From Klebsormidium nitens (taxonomy: Eukaryota > Plantae > Klebsormidiophyceae): a stretch of 64,000 bases of DNA. The notes below the pieces were generated by a model. The model made no database searches. It was not told the origin of the DNA and saw only the letters and a list, made by a program, of their open reading frames with translations. Position 1 is the first letter of the stretch, and each line of letters starts with the position of its first letter. Where the stretch lies: positions 113,591-177,590 of the forward strand of contig DF237089.1 in assembly GCA_000708835.1 (NCBI GenBank), read 5' to 3'. This document shows, piece after piece, positions 35,503-48,900 of this stretch. Made by a program: the position numbers and the translations under genes.

Positions 35503-38500
35503 CTGTCCCTGGAAAGTTCTCTCGTGCACAGACTTAAACAATTGGCAGTCTAAATATTCCGGTTGATGTGTCTCGCTAGGCCTGCTGAGGGGCGCGGCAG
35601 TAAAGGAGGGGCACATGCGCGTTAGGGCGGACGGGTGAGCTGGCGCCATCGTCGCCTTATGTATAGAAAACCACGTTCTTTGCTTCGCATGCCAGCTCAA
35701 GTTTGCTTGATATCGCTCTCACGAACGTGGGCCTCAAGGGACAATCCTTTCAGTTGTCAGGTCTGAATCAATAGTATCCGCTAAAAGCAGGCTGATCTTG
35801 AGATGTAGAGTCTCCCTTTGTTTGCACTTAGTTTTCATGAGTCTTCGAAGTTTCTGTCCGCTGCAGTCTGCAAAGAGCGCTCTTTGCGGCAAAGTATCTT
35901 GAGGATTGCGATGGGCAGGGATTTGTTTCGCTTAGGTACTCTGAAGATGAAAAGATGAATCGTCGCTCTCATGTGAGCTTGGTGAATGCCTGCAAGCCAG
36001 CAGAGATGGTATGAGAAGTGCTTCAAATCGCACTGTACCTTCACAAGTTCTCGTTCGAGAACTTGTACACCCTACCTCGTCTTTGTACACTTGGGCGACG
36101 TTCCCGATTCACGAGTGCGTGAAAATGTCTTTCGCGAATTAGGACTTCTCGGCCAACGACTCATGCAGGTCGATAGAGATTCTCGATTGTGACTACTTCC
36201 CTGCCACGAGGGGGAAGGATTGCCGGCCAAGCGCAAACGACAACAGGCTGACAGAAGATAGGTGAGCAGCCGTGTCGCACGGAGTTGTCGATCAGAAGCA
36301 AAGCCTTCAAAGCTAGTTTGAAGATGGGGCTTCAAAATCCGTTCAACTGACTGCATCACCTCCGGTGACTTAACTTTATGGAGCGTGTCGTAACGGTGTG
36401 CTTGGAATTTAGGTAAGCCAATGTTGGGGTTGGTGACTCCAATGCGCCCGGGGACACTTTATGAATGGACTCATTTGAGAATCCTGGGAGTTATTACTCA
36501 TTGGCTCTACGCTTACAGGGCTCTGTCAGCACCCCGGGGAGGTCTTTATCCACGTCCGGATCTGGTCGACATTGCAAAGAAAACCTGGCGGATCGTCGAA
36601 GGAGGCCTTGAGACATAGAGCAGCGAAGTATGCATTTCAGCGATTGGAGCCTACAGGCATGCAAAGGTCAACTTAGGCCTGCAAATACTTGTACAGCATA
36701 GTTGAAGCTTGGAACCTTGTAAGATCATGCAACAGACATATAGGGTATAGCATAATAAGGCCATGCAGTTGGAGCCAACGTGCGCCCCCGTAAGGTATCA
36801 CTCAGCATCATAGGGTCCCGAATCGGGCACCTGGACGATCGATCATGTCATGAGGAGGGTGTTGCCAACCCGGCCCTCGAGTCGGTGGCTTGTGCCACTG
36901 AACCTTTCGCATGTGCCTCATCTGGCTCATAACTGGCCGGCCGGCCTAGTCACTAGCTGCTGTTCATTGCAGATCGCATAATGATGTCTTACACATGACC
37001 GTGTACAACGTCGCCGGATACCTTTTTCCCCTCCGAAAACGAAAAGATCCCCTAAGCTTTGAAGTACGGGGCAGGGGTTTTTTAACGGTCAGACGTTCTG
37101 CACGCCTCATGTTGTAAGTTTGTTTTCTACCTAACCCAACTCTACCGTGACAACCGAAGCGAAGCTCTGAGCGACGGCGCCTTTCGAGATCTTCGTAGCA
37201 GGAGGGTCGAGCCACGAAAAGCTACCGTTGGGACATAGAGTTTCGTAAAAAATTTGCTCGGTAGGTTGTTAGGGTAGTCACGTGTAAATCACAGCTGGCA
37301 TAGGTTCACTCGAACTTCGACACATTTGTGTGCCATGAGAAGCCTATGGCCAATTTGGCGACGGCGTATTTGAAAAGATACCATCATGAAAGCGTGGGCA
37401 GTCTGAGTACGTTCAATCGTTGGGAGCCTGACTATTTGCAATCCATATACCATTGCAACGCAGGCCGGCCATCACGTACGAATCTGCAGACCTTGAGCTT
37501 GACAGCATTCTGTAAGAACTTGAAGGCCTAATATGAGTGCCGGCACTTTGGTTTTTCGCCATGCTATCTGCAGCTCAGCTCAACGTCATACAAAAACCGA
37601 AGCATGAAAGAGTGATGACCCACAGAGCTCTCTTTCGAGTGGCACAGACAGAACATCAAGCGCTCTTGGGGTTCAAGAAGCAAGGCTCTAGTTTGCCAAG
37701 CAAAGGTCGAAATGTTAGGCATGAAGTTACCACATTCGCCGCCCGCCGAAATCTGCAAACAAGCAAGGAAAGCGAGCGGGATGAGTAGACTTTATTCCAA
37801 GTCGAATTAGTAACATGAGAAACTCAAACTGAAGCTTAAAATGGTGGTGCAGCTTCTGTTGTACCTAACCACATGAATGCATTCAATGAAGCCACTGATG
37901 TCCGCCACCTGTACAAGATTGCGGGGGCGCGATGCAACATTCGTGCGAGCTTCAAGAGCAGCGGTTGGCATTAAGACAGGTCATGGAGCTTATTGCAGTT
38001 GTGGCCGCTTGTTGCCTTGCAAAATAACACAGCCACACCACTTATGACTTATCTGACTTGCCAAGATCCTGCTGTCCAGGACTCTACATGTGTATAACCA
38101 ACAGCTAGGCCGGCTCTAAGTACCTCTCAACTAAAAGCGAGCAGAGCAGAGCAAAAGCTCACTTGATGGCTTTAGTCAGTGGTGTAGGTGATGACTGCCA
38201 ACTCTTTCATGATTTGTCAGCCTAGCGCACGCTTGAAAGCTGCCTGCAGAGGAAACGATTGAGGATATTGCAGAGTTCCATGCCGCCATGGTTTGTGAAG
38301 CTTCTTGTGACATGTATCAGAGCTAGTTTGCCGTAACACCACGTCCGCGACGAATGTGTTTTCCACTTGAAAATTGGCAAGTAAACCCCACCATTGCGAG
38401 CCACTTAGCAATCATCGCTGTCTAATGTGAACGGCTTCCCCAAACAGCAAACAAGCAAGCTGGTAGTAGCGTAGCATCACAAGCAAAACCTTAGACGACT

Positions 38501-39650
38501 TGAAAAGCAATCATACACAATCCGACGATGAAGCAGCTGAAGCTTGAAACAGCACTCAAGCCGCGCAAGAGCTACCTATGCAACAGGCGGTATGGACTAA
38601 GGTGACTTGTCAGACTTCCTGGCCTGCCTTGTAAGGGGACACTAAGCAATGTACACATCATTTCAGTAGCTCTGAACCTACATTGAAGCAAATGTCCGGA
38701 AGGAGGAGACCTGTAATCCTCTCAATAGCAACATCATTTTGTAAGGCAACCCTTTGACCTGGTGAATGAACTGAGATACAAACAGCCGCTTTCTGTCTGC
38801 TTCTGCTGAACGTACCGGTGTATTCTAGCGTGTCCAGCGGAAGTGCCAGCGCCAACTCGCAGCCCAAGCGGGGACCATCCAGGGCTGGCATGCCCGGCGC
38901 TCAGCAGGAGCACTGCTGCTCAGGGCCAGCTGAGGTGCAGAACACTATGGGTGGTAGCATGCGCAGCTCAGGGGCGGTGGATGAGCTGGGCAATGCGGGC
39001 ATGGGAATGCAACTTTTTGCGGTCATATTCAGCATCGCGCTCTCAAGGGTTCTAGCCTTAAGGTCATTCTGCCTCCCCCCACGATGCGCTGCTAGCCAAC
39101 CTCAACGTGCTGCTCATCAGCTGCTTGTTGAGCCCCTGAGCGGCGCTGCCTTTGCGCGCGTCTCTCGACCCACAGCCTCCTTGCTGTTGTCAGTGTCACT
39201 GCCTCCCAGACTCCACGCAAGGAGGCGCCGAGCTAAGCGGCACACACAACTAGCCTCCCTGCATTGCATGTCCTTCCCAATGCATGTCCTTCAGTGCTGC
39301 TGCCTCTGGCCGTGTCTGGCGAGCCTCCGCCATGAAGGCCAGAGCTACGGCTCTACATTCATGAGCCAAGCTAGGCCCGGCATATTAGGCATTGCAGCTA
39401 CCTGCGATGATTCAGGCGGCCCCAGGGCCAGGGCCATGGTGTCAAAACGATGCGCATTTTGTAGCACAGTAGCGGAGGTCAAAAAGTCAGCGAAACTGCC
39501 CCAATTTTGTACCGAGGCTGCAGCACGCGGAATAATTTTTGGCACGGGCTTGGCAGGCATTTGGCGGACTATCAATTTCGACTTTGTGCGCTAACGCCGC
39601 CAATTTTCCGCGGAGATTGCCGGAATATTCCCCCAAGGAATTTTGCACCG

Positions 39651-39676
39651 TAGCTGTCCCGTGCACGGGACAGCTA
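39651..39676. repeat. Perfect 26-bp palindrome within a caatttt-rich, repeat-like tract
   Basis: tagctgtcccgtgcacgggacagcta equals its own reverse complement. The flanks (39445-39860) carry recurrent caatttt words and an imperfect terminal inverted match. Confidence 0.8.
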
Positions 39677-42600
39677 CAACTTGGCTCGGGGCAATTTTGC
39701 CCCAAGTCGGTATATGTTGGAGGCCGCGCCGTAACAAACTCCCAATATTCGACCTATTTATTGCGCCAAGTTTGCGGCAGTCCGTAGGCGGCAAGTAGGT
39801 AGTTCGGACGGCGCTCGTAGGTAAATTTGAGCCTTGCCACAATAAATGCGCAGTTTTGTAGGAGTTTGGCTGTAAATGTGGCCTCTGCGCAGATGTGTGT
39901 CAATGGTTGCCATGACAAAATACACGATGCTCCTTCCTTCTAGAGCTCCATGGATGTCTTGCAAAGGCGTCCCCCAGCTTTGGTAGATTTCCGTGGATCG
40001 ATACTCAAGCGCTGTGGGCAGCCATGGAAGAAGGTCGTTCAAGAGCTTCCACCTTTTCTTTTGCCTTCGTTCTCCCCCAGATCAAGTTCGAGTCCACTTG
40101 ACACTAAAATGAGTAATCCAATATTGGCGGACCGACTCGGTCGACGAGGAAATTTACGAGTGCTATGTATTACTTAGTAATACTGGAAGTGAAGTCAGCC
40201 ACACCATTGGCATGAGCCATGATGAGGAGTCAGGAGTCAGGACTCAAGAGTCAGGTATCCCACTGCATTTCATGTATATTTAGGTAGTTGCAAGGGGGCT
40301 CAGCTCTATTGGCAGCCTGGTTGCGAGTCTGCCATGGCACACAGGGGGCACACAGTGCGGCAGACCTGCTGGATCTTTAATAGTACAGCATGTCAAGCTT
40401 TCAGGCAAACCTTACCGGGTTCGGGGCAGAGGCTTTCTAGTGGGTGGATCATGGCTTCCTTCATGCCACATTTTTAGTCAGGTGAGCTCAAGTTAAGCGG
40501 CGGTTTGTCAGCATTTTCAGCAGGGCCCCGACGTGTTTGGACATGAGTCCAATCTGCTTGTTAGGTCTCGGCACTCACCACGAGAACGATGGCCTCCCTT
40601 GAGAAAGCAAGTATCTTCAAAGTTGCTGCATTGGCCCACAAGCTTTCACTTTCAGCGGTCATTCGATGGTTCAATTCTCACTAGCAAAACTCCCATAAGG
40701 TAAACTGTCACTCCCTTGTTTGCTCTTTGATTCTGAGCTGTATGCTTCCTGGATACTTCAGCAACTTTCCGCCAGGAGCGAGTGCAAGAAAGATTATCAA
40801 TGAACCTGGCGCGCAAAAGTGTCGCCAGGCTCATTCCAGCTGCAAACTCGTTGTCTGATTTGGCTTAAACCCCTTCTGCAACTTTGGCAGGGCGACCTGA
40901 ACCCCTTCTGCAACATAGTAATGTGTTTTGCTGCTTCGGTTTGGTTGATGCAGCTCTCATGGGGAGCCCAATGTTGGGTGAGCTTTGCATTTCCCTGATT
41001 TCTTGCCGAGCAAATGCCAACTCGATTGCTGAGCTGACTCCCCATTCTCCCCATTCTATTAGCAGGCGGTTGAGTCGATAGAGAATTTGATCCGAGCTGG
41101 AGGCGCAGTCTGCAACGTGCCCCACCTGAGGTCTGCTTTCCTGCCCTCCTTATCACCACTTCAAAACTCTGTTTTGCTGTGGTTTGCAACATTTTCAGAA
41201 TCGGGTTTCTGTGTGCTCCTAGATTAACCAGAGGGTTTTGCCTCTGTGCCGACAGGTGCCAGTGTCAGCAGGTTTGCAATTGCAGTGAGGTTGGCAGCTC
41301 TTGTTATGTCTCCTGACATCAGGTCAGCTTTCAGGTCATGAAGAAGATGTTGGAACCGTGCCCAACAAACAGTGAAATTCGATCACCTCATAGCATTTGT
41401 ATCACACTTGTACACACCGCAACTTCTTTGTCCTTGACCTGTTAGCCAATGCTCCCAAGACAAATTGCTTGCTTTAGGGATTTTTTCGCAGAAACATCTC
41501 GGTGCTGTAGAGATCCCTTGTTTGTTTACATGCTGCCGCAATCGTAAGCGTAGATTGTTGACGGCAATCAAGAATCCTGTCAAGTTCAGATTTGAGAGCA
41601 GTCCTGAACTGCTATTGAAACTCTTAGAGCTGTTGAAGTCTACCTCTCTGAAAAACCTTCACTCAAACTGTCTTGTTCTTCTCAAAGTTCAAGTGGCGGC
41701 AGGGGGCGCTAGCACGGGGGCTGTGCCATCAAACGTCCCTACAACGCTACCGATTAGAAGTCCTACAAGCCAAGAGACTCTCAAGTTGTACGCGCACGTA
41801 TGTGCCAGCCTGTAGGATAATCTTGAGTCCTACTCTTTTGCCCGTGTAAGCGGGTGAGGCAACATCAAGAAACAGTTGGACTTTGAAACCATCGAAGCTT
41901 CGCATTGAACAAACTCGACATGAACTGATCAAATAAAAGAAAGTATATCGACATTATCAGCTAGCATTTTGGACAAGAAGAATACTGCTCTTCCTTTCCG
42001 AGTTTGTCTGCTAGAGGCAGCTTGACTCGTGTAGGTATGCAAGGACGGATCTTGACTATCAAGCACGTTGCATGGCTTTGTCTCGGTATACGGTCAACTT
42101 TTTCACTCCAAATCTGTTCATTGTGATTTGTTGGTAAATGCGTCCATGATATATATCGTAACGTAGGATAAGTGAATAAGCGCACTTGTAGAACATCAAA
42201 TGGATCTTGGGTCTATATGCCGATCAGTGCCGCGGCCGTGTGCAGCCACATCCGATTCATAGGGATATCCAGATTGATATGGAGCTAACCACAGCAGGCG
42301 GCTTATACATCATGAGCTGTACACTATCACATGTTCAAGTGGCTTATGTTTTTGACTGGCCATGTACATACTTTCCAAGTGGTTTGTCGTGCGGTACTAT
42401 AATGGTGCACATGGCGGCCAACCTTATCTCTCATCGTGTTGTCGTGTCGCATATGAATCGCGTGTATCTGTATATGCATACACTCCACAGAAAGGTGACA
42501 CGTGGTGCTGCCGTTTGTCATTGGAGGATGTATAAGCGAGTTAGTCTAAGCCCGCTCACATTAGAAGGGTGAATGAAAAGCGAGTCCCATGACACAACCG

Positions 42601-43001
42601 TGTGTTATCCAGCGGTCGGGTCATACCATGCTTTCAGCATTACGTGCATGCAAGACCAGGGCGCCTCAGTCGTCGCACAGCATCGATTAGATGCTGCAGA
42701 TTGGCCTTATTTTGTACATCAAGCGACACCGAATTGAGGGTTAAGTTGACCTTTGACAGTCGGAAAAGAAACATGTGAACATGATGAGAAGTCTTTGATT
42801 TCTGCATTGAAAGCCAAACAAAATATCGCTGCCTAAGATGTACAAACCGCCAGAGCAATCGGTATTTTTGAGCATACAAGTACATGCTCCAGAGTCTGAT
42901 GTCCTTTATGAAAGTACGCAATGTTCTCTGGATTCTTCAGGAAGCTTCCACGGGAGCCACAGTACTTCAGTTCGACAACCTTAACCCCATTCCATTCCCG
43001 C

Positions 43002-45080
43002 CTACCTTCGTGTTAAAGCCGCCCCTGGCAGCCTAGCAAGCTGTTTCAACGCTGTCCAAACAAGACAGGCCCACAGATACGCCACGCAAGCTTCAACCGC
43101 GTACTGGACTAGGATGCGGTACCACGGGAAAAGCGCAGCATAGAAAAGGCTCGTAGCACTGGCAGCCAAAACATGGCTCTCGCCTTGTAGCAAAGAGTGG
43201 ACTGGCCGCCACATGGACTCGAGAACGAATCCCGCGCCCCAAAGTGACGTCAGCGGCTTGGCTTGCCCCAGCAGCATCCTTTGAAAGACGTAGAGGAGGC
43301 AGGATAGTTGATCGAAGAGTTGCAGGACGTCAATAGTGAGGTATATTCCCTTGAGCAGCAACTCGTACTTTATTGCTGTGGCAACCTCGCGCTCAAAGGG
43401 CGAGTTATCGAAGGTGCTGACGCTATCCGTGGCCTGATCAAGACTCCCGCCCGGTGCTCCACCTGGGTGCTGCACCACTCTCACCCGGGCACCCCGCTCT
43501 GAGGAGCACAGCGCCTTCAGCTTTGAGAGGACTCCCCGGGCTTTGCGAAGGTCCAGGCAGTAGAAGGACCGACGCATATGGATCTGGATCTTGGCACCCG
43601 GCTCGTTCGCATCCAGGAAAGCGGTCAGTGCGTGGAAGTCTGATTGACGGAGGCGACAGTCCAGCTCCAGGATTTGAAGGTCCTTGCTGTTGCGCAACCC
43701 CAAAGACGAAAGGACGGAGTTTCCCAACCGGAACCTAGGGCGCATGAATCCAGTCTGCTGAAATGTGACGTGGCCCACACCACGCTCCCCCAGCATATCG
43801 CAGAGCGAAACGATGTTTGCGTTACTCAGCCGGCAGTTCCGCAAGACGAGGCGGAGCTTGGAAGGTGACGCGCTCAGGTATTCCTGCAGTTCGTCTCGCA
43901 GAAGATGCTGATCTACTCCATTGAGGAGGTTCTCAATGACCACACTCTGGCTCAAAACCTTGGCTTTAGCACCGCGTGTATAAGCCCTGCCTGCTATCGC
44001 TTCGACCTCCGTCCTGAGCTTAGCCAGGACGAAAAACTTCTGCTCGAATCTCTGATATGCTGCTGATGAATCCGGATACACCGAGGAACGGAATGCTGCG
44101 AGGCTCGAGGAGAGAGAAGCGGCTACATCATGCTCTGAACCCCCTTCCTGATCACCCAACCAAGAATTGAAGTTCTTCAGAAAGTGCTTCAGATTCGGCC
44201 CAAAGTGCGCGCCAGAAACTAGCAGATTTACGCGCACTGAGCAGTCGACAGCCAAAGCCTGGATCAGACTGACCAGGTGCAGGGAGAACAGAGGGTCCAT
44301 GTTGCCCTCCATTCTGAATTCTGTCTTGAATCCTGCGGCTGAGAGAGCTACGATGCAGGCTGCGATGAAGGCTGGTGATAGATCTGCGGCCCCAGAGGCG
44401 TTTAAAAAAACAGCAACCTTTGCTGAGTCTACTTGAGCAAGCCTCACACTGGGTGGACCGTTGAAGGAAGCAAGAAGAGTCCTCTTGAAAGCACTGGGGT
44501 GCTTTATATTTGCCTGACAAGCCGCGATGAGTCTCAAGATCCGAGGGAAGATCCGAATCACCCGGTTGACTTGGTCGCTGAACCAGGTTGTGCATGTTTC
44601 AACGATCGCTCTTGTTGGACCCCAAGATGCCGGCACTACTCGGTAAAGGAAAGAGAAGAGGATCGCAGTCAGGGGGAACAGAATGTTGGCTCTGTGGGGA
44701 CCAACTTCCACAGCCATTGGTAGCCTGTTCAGACACTCGTTGAAAGGTCTCTTGATGAAGCTTTCAGCCTGCGTCAGTTCCTCGAGAATCTCCGCCATGG
44801 CGTATACCTGAGATGAGAGCTTCTCCAACAAGCCTGAGTTCGTTCTGCTCAACAGATGGAGTAGCTGGTCATCGCTGAGGTCCAGAGCTTGCATGGACGC
44901 AAGGTTTAGCTCCCGCCAAAGTTCCGGCTCCCTCAGCGTGTCTCGATGGCTCTTGCTCAGCAGCTCCAGCCGCAGGCGATCCTTCAGGCCGATTTTGTTC
45001 AGGATGATGCGCAGAACGTCGCCAGGCAGCGAAGACCGCGGCTGCGCTCCTCCGAAAGTGGATTCGGTTCCCTGCGCCAT
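43002..45080 (-). CDS. F-box protein (~690 aa first exon) with LRR-like and hydrophobic segments
   Basis: Long uninterrupted ORF with ATG at 45080. N-terminal F-box pattern LPGDVLRIILNKIGLKDRLRLELLSKSHRDTL..PELWRELNL. The ORF stop TAG overlaps a donor-like AG|gtaggc, so a further exon (42934 downward) is possible. Confidence 0.75.
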   Translation of the reverse strand: MAQGTESTFGGAQPRSSLPGDVLRIILNKIGLKDRLRLELLSKSHRDTLREPELWRELNLASMQALDLSDDQLLHLLSRTNSGLLEKLSSQVYAMAEILEELTQAESFIKRPFNECLNRLPMAVEVGPHRANILFPLTAILFSFLYRVVPASWGPTRAIVETCTTWFSDQVNRVIRIFPRILRLIAACQANIKHPSAFKRTLLASFNGPPSVRLAQVDSAKVAVFLNASGAADLSPAFIAACIVALSAAGFKTEFRMEGNMDPLFSLHLVSLIQALAVDCSVRVNLLVSGAHFGPNLKHFLKNFNSWLGDQEGGSEHDVAASLSSSLAAFRSSVYPDSSAAYQRFEQKFFVLAKLRTEVEAIAGRAYTRGAKAKVLSQSVVIENLLNGVDQHLLRDELQEYLSASPSKLRLVLRNCRLSNANIVSLCDMLGERGVGHVTFQQTGFMRPRFRLGNSVLSSLGLRNSKDLQILELDCRLRQSDFHALTAFLDANEPGAKIQIHMRRSFYCLDLRKARGVLSKLKALCSSERGARVRVVQHPGGAPGGSLDQATDSVSTFDNSPFEREVATAIKYELLLKGIYLTIDVLQLFDQLSCLLYVFQRMLLGQAKPLTSLWGAGFVLESMWRPVHSLLQGESHVLAASATSLFYAALFPWYRILVQYAVEACVAYLWACLVWTALKQLARLPGAALTRR

Positions 45081-45949
45081 CGTGCGCTCCACGAGATAAT
45101 TCTACTGAGAAGGTTGAATAAGACCCGTCGCTTTTTTACATCGTTGTTGTTTCTTCACACAGGTACAACTCAGGACTCGCTCTCCCGCCATTGCTGATGC
45201 GGCGGCCGGGCAGCTTAGCGCTTTGCCGCGACACGGGCAGCCGCGGCCGCTGACCCGCTGGCGCGGTTTTGCACAGATTTTGCAGGAAGGTGCGCGGCCC
45301 TGTACCGTGTACGGCACCAAGCTGCTGTGGACTGTTCAGACGGCACTTCCGCCCCGCTAAAGGAAGTAGGGCATGTCCCGCGTCCCCATGTACAGCAATG
45401 GGATCATTGTGATGGTACTCTGTCAGTATGCAAGTGCAGCTAAGCTTATAGTACAATACATTCTGCGATAGCATCCACGATTCGCAATCGACTGAAGCAC
45501 GACGCAGGTACCATCCAATCATTCATCTCAGTTCACCTCATAACGTCCAAAGATTTTGAGAGATGGCTTTGACAGTCTGAGAAACAAATATCACATTTGG
45601 ATCAAGATGAGCATGTTTCGATGCAGTAGTACCATGGTATACGCCGTGGACGTCTGTGAGAATTTGCAGCCGTTTGCGTCCTCTGGCAACATCATTTTGG
45701 TAGATGATCGAAAAAGTCTTGGAACACACACCATCTTCCAATAGAACCTTCTGACGTTCCATGTCGGTCGCGAGGGCACTTAGTACTAGTCTAGACGTGA
45801 AAAGTGGCTGCAGATGTGTACTGCACCTGAACCAAGCGGGGCTTATCCGAGAGAGGGTCTTTTTCCTCAACTTGCACAATGTCTTTGTCGCAATTTTATC
45901 TCCATTGCGTCTGTCGAAGCTTAAGGCTTTCTACGGACCCATTATACAG

Positions 45950-48900
45950 TTATCGGCTCGCTAGAACCGCCTGCAAGGGTTCTCCTGATCGTCTGTCATG
46001 TTCTCGACTCCTTCTCAATGTACATAACAACTCAACGCAGTATATCGCGCTTATCATAAGCGCAAGGCACCCGCTCAGGATCTGCAGAACTGTCGCTGAT
46101 GACGTGGCGTTTTTGAGCGACAGGCCAACAAAGGGCCCCATGATCATGCCCCCCGAGTAGAGTCCGTCGTACAAAACAACTGCGACGGCTTCGTCTTCGC
46201 TTCCCGTCAGCTTCAGTGCGCTCACAAGCCGGGGGAAAGTGGGATCCCCCATCAAGGCCATGCCAAAACCTGCAAACGAAAGGCAGTTCCGTGTCAAGGT
46301 TTGCCTTGCAGCAAATTCCTTTGTTCGAAGTTCGACACCGTCTGAAAAGATTTGGAATGTCACCTTGATTTTTGATTTGGAAAAGCGTATGCTTGTCGTC
46401 TTTTGGAGGAAATCTTGAATGCTTCATAAAAATCGTTGACTGAGAGCTTCGATGGGTCCAAGGCTGTCCTTTCATGTTTTGAAACACAAATCTTCAGTCC
46501 TTCGTAGACTGCGTCTAAATGTAGATATCGGTACAAGAGGCAGTCTCTCCTCAGGCCCAGACATTGGGCAGGGCTCAAAGCCTTCTGGCAGAATCTGCGT
46601 TCCTACCCTCTCGATTCTCTTGACAACAACAATGCAAAGCTCTGAATTTATGCATTAAAATCTCTGAAAGTAAGAAGCAACGGTAACTTCTTCTCGGCGT
46701 GGCGCACTTTCTCCCCGTCTCGACCATTGAGACTGGTTCTGATGCGTAGGTGGTTACCGCAGCGATCGAACTTAACTCTGCGTCAGGAGAGAATCTCCCC
46801 GTCCAAAAGTTTCCCCGCCCAGGAGTTTCAAACAGGTATTTTTCCAACTAGGTGCGCCCCGCTTGTCTTATCGCCGGGTACAACGAAAAGCATGATTGGT
46901 AAGCAGGTTCGGCTTACCAACGGGAAGCATCACCAGCATTTGTGCCCAGAGCGCACAAAGCGCGGGCATGGCCATCACCGGCAGAACCGCCCCCATGGCA
47001 GCCGCCCCGAGAACCATAGTGTGAATATCCCCCACGGCGCCGATCATCCACGTGGTCGCCCAGTACGAAAACCAGCGTACGCGAGCGCGAGCGCGCCGAA
47101 GACGAGACCGGTCTCAGCGGCCGACACGTGGCAGGTGTCCTTCAGGAACAGCGGGACGACCGTGTCGAAGGCGCCCATAAGCAGCGCTTCCGCAAAGATA
47201 ACTAGAATGGCGGGAAACGCGTGCGCGCTCAGCAGCACGAGTCCCACTAGTGACCAAAAAACGGAGGGGGGCCGACCGCTGGGCTCCCCTTTAACTAAGT
47301 TTTCGCGGCTGATCTCTGGCGACTCGACTACTATTTGGGTTCTGCCCTGCTTTTCTTCGGGTACACTATCCTTGGTCAAAGTAGCTGAGGTTCTGGATAA
47401 CGCATTTGAGCGCCCAAAAATTCCCTTTGTTCCGCCGCTCGCGGAGTCATCACTCTGCTCGCTGCTACAGTAGCCGGAATAATCGCCGCCGGAATCGCTA
47501 TCGCTGGTGCTTTCTTCCTGCTCGCCGCCTTCTGCAAACGCCCCCAGCGCTGCGCCCTCCATGCGCTCGTTGCAAGGTTCCGGAATAGCAGCTGGTGTCA
47601 AGCCCAGCTGGACGTCCCTTTCTGGTGCTGCTTGACACTCCCCAAGCGCTTTCGCCCCAGTTTGAAGACCCTCGCTCTCGCCCGAATCCGACTTTTCTGG
47701 CCGTCCGTTCACACCGCCACTAATTTCGAACTTGGCTGCCGACCCTTCGATGCAAGTGCTCGGTTGCACCTCCGGGTTTCGGCCCAAACCCTGTTTCTCC
47801 TCCGCTCTGAATCCCAGTTCGCAGTCAACGGGTTCACTAGTACCTTCCCCAACGATCGCATCCGTCGGGAGAATGCGACCGCCGATCACCCACTTTACCA
47901 CGTGGCTTGAGCTAAGCAGCAGGATCAGCCCCAGGGTCGCTGACGTCAGCAGGCCGATAATAAAAAAAGGCAGCCACGCTTTGACCAGCCCGTATAGAAG
48001 GGGGACGAGAAACGGTCCGAAAACGTACCCCAACGATTGGGCCGCGAATAGCAGACCCACGCCCTGCATCAACCCATCCGCTTCGCCACCAGTAGCCTGC
48101 GTTCTTTCTGAGAAACGGTCAAATTCCGTTGCAACCCGCTCTCTGGATTACAAGGAGCAATCCTTGCTTGCTTGTCATCGGTTTCCGACTCACTTTCATC
48201 AACCTCCGAGGCGTCTTGTGGAGAGATCAGGGCGAGCACCTTGAACGGGTCAACGAAGCTGCTGGGCGGGTTAACCGGGAGGTTAGGCTTGACCGAGGTG
48301 AGGGTTCTGGGAACCCCGAATTCTGCCGGTGCCGCTGCAGCAACAGGAGACGTATGCCTCCGGTTCAGCCATTCCGGCGACCAAGAATCCGCGGCCGGAC
48401 TCGTCTCGTCGCCGGATTCGGGCGCCTGAATGACGTCAGCCTGACGGCGCGCTCTGACAGCGCGGTTGGGATTTAGAGCAGCCGTTCGGACAAGTTCGAG
48501 CGCGCGGATCGACTGCCTTCCGCCCACAATGACGCTCGCGCTCCGCAGCGCCGTCAAGATTCCGGCGTCGCCACTGTTCCGGCGGAACGAGCTGCCGTAG
48601 TTCGTTGCAAGGGCACGCCGTGAGAGCGCGCGCCGCAGAACTTTCGGATGGGGGGTGGCGACTTGGGCTTGCTCTAGAGCTGGCTCCTTTCCCCCCTCTT
48701 GCGACGATCTCGCCCCTCCTTCATACCCAGAGCTCTGAAGCTTCGTAACCATGGCTAGTGCCGCGGCAAACAGGAACTCGGCACTGGCCCCCATCAAAAC
48801 CAGCGCCCCGTAGAGCTGCCATAGGCTATGGTTGAGCCCGAGCAGCGCGCATGACACCAGAAGCGCGGTGAGACCCATTGTAAGCACGGGCAGGTGACCA

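Noticed and set aside
38818-39594. 258-aa plus-strand ORF
   Set aside because: No domain, no consistent splice structure, and composition typical of chance ORFs in GC-rich DNA.
46727-47473. Long plus-strand ORFs antisense to the MFS genes (also 47732-48244, 52837-53455)
   Set aside because: Shadow ORFs of GC-rich minus-strand coding sequence.
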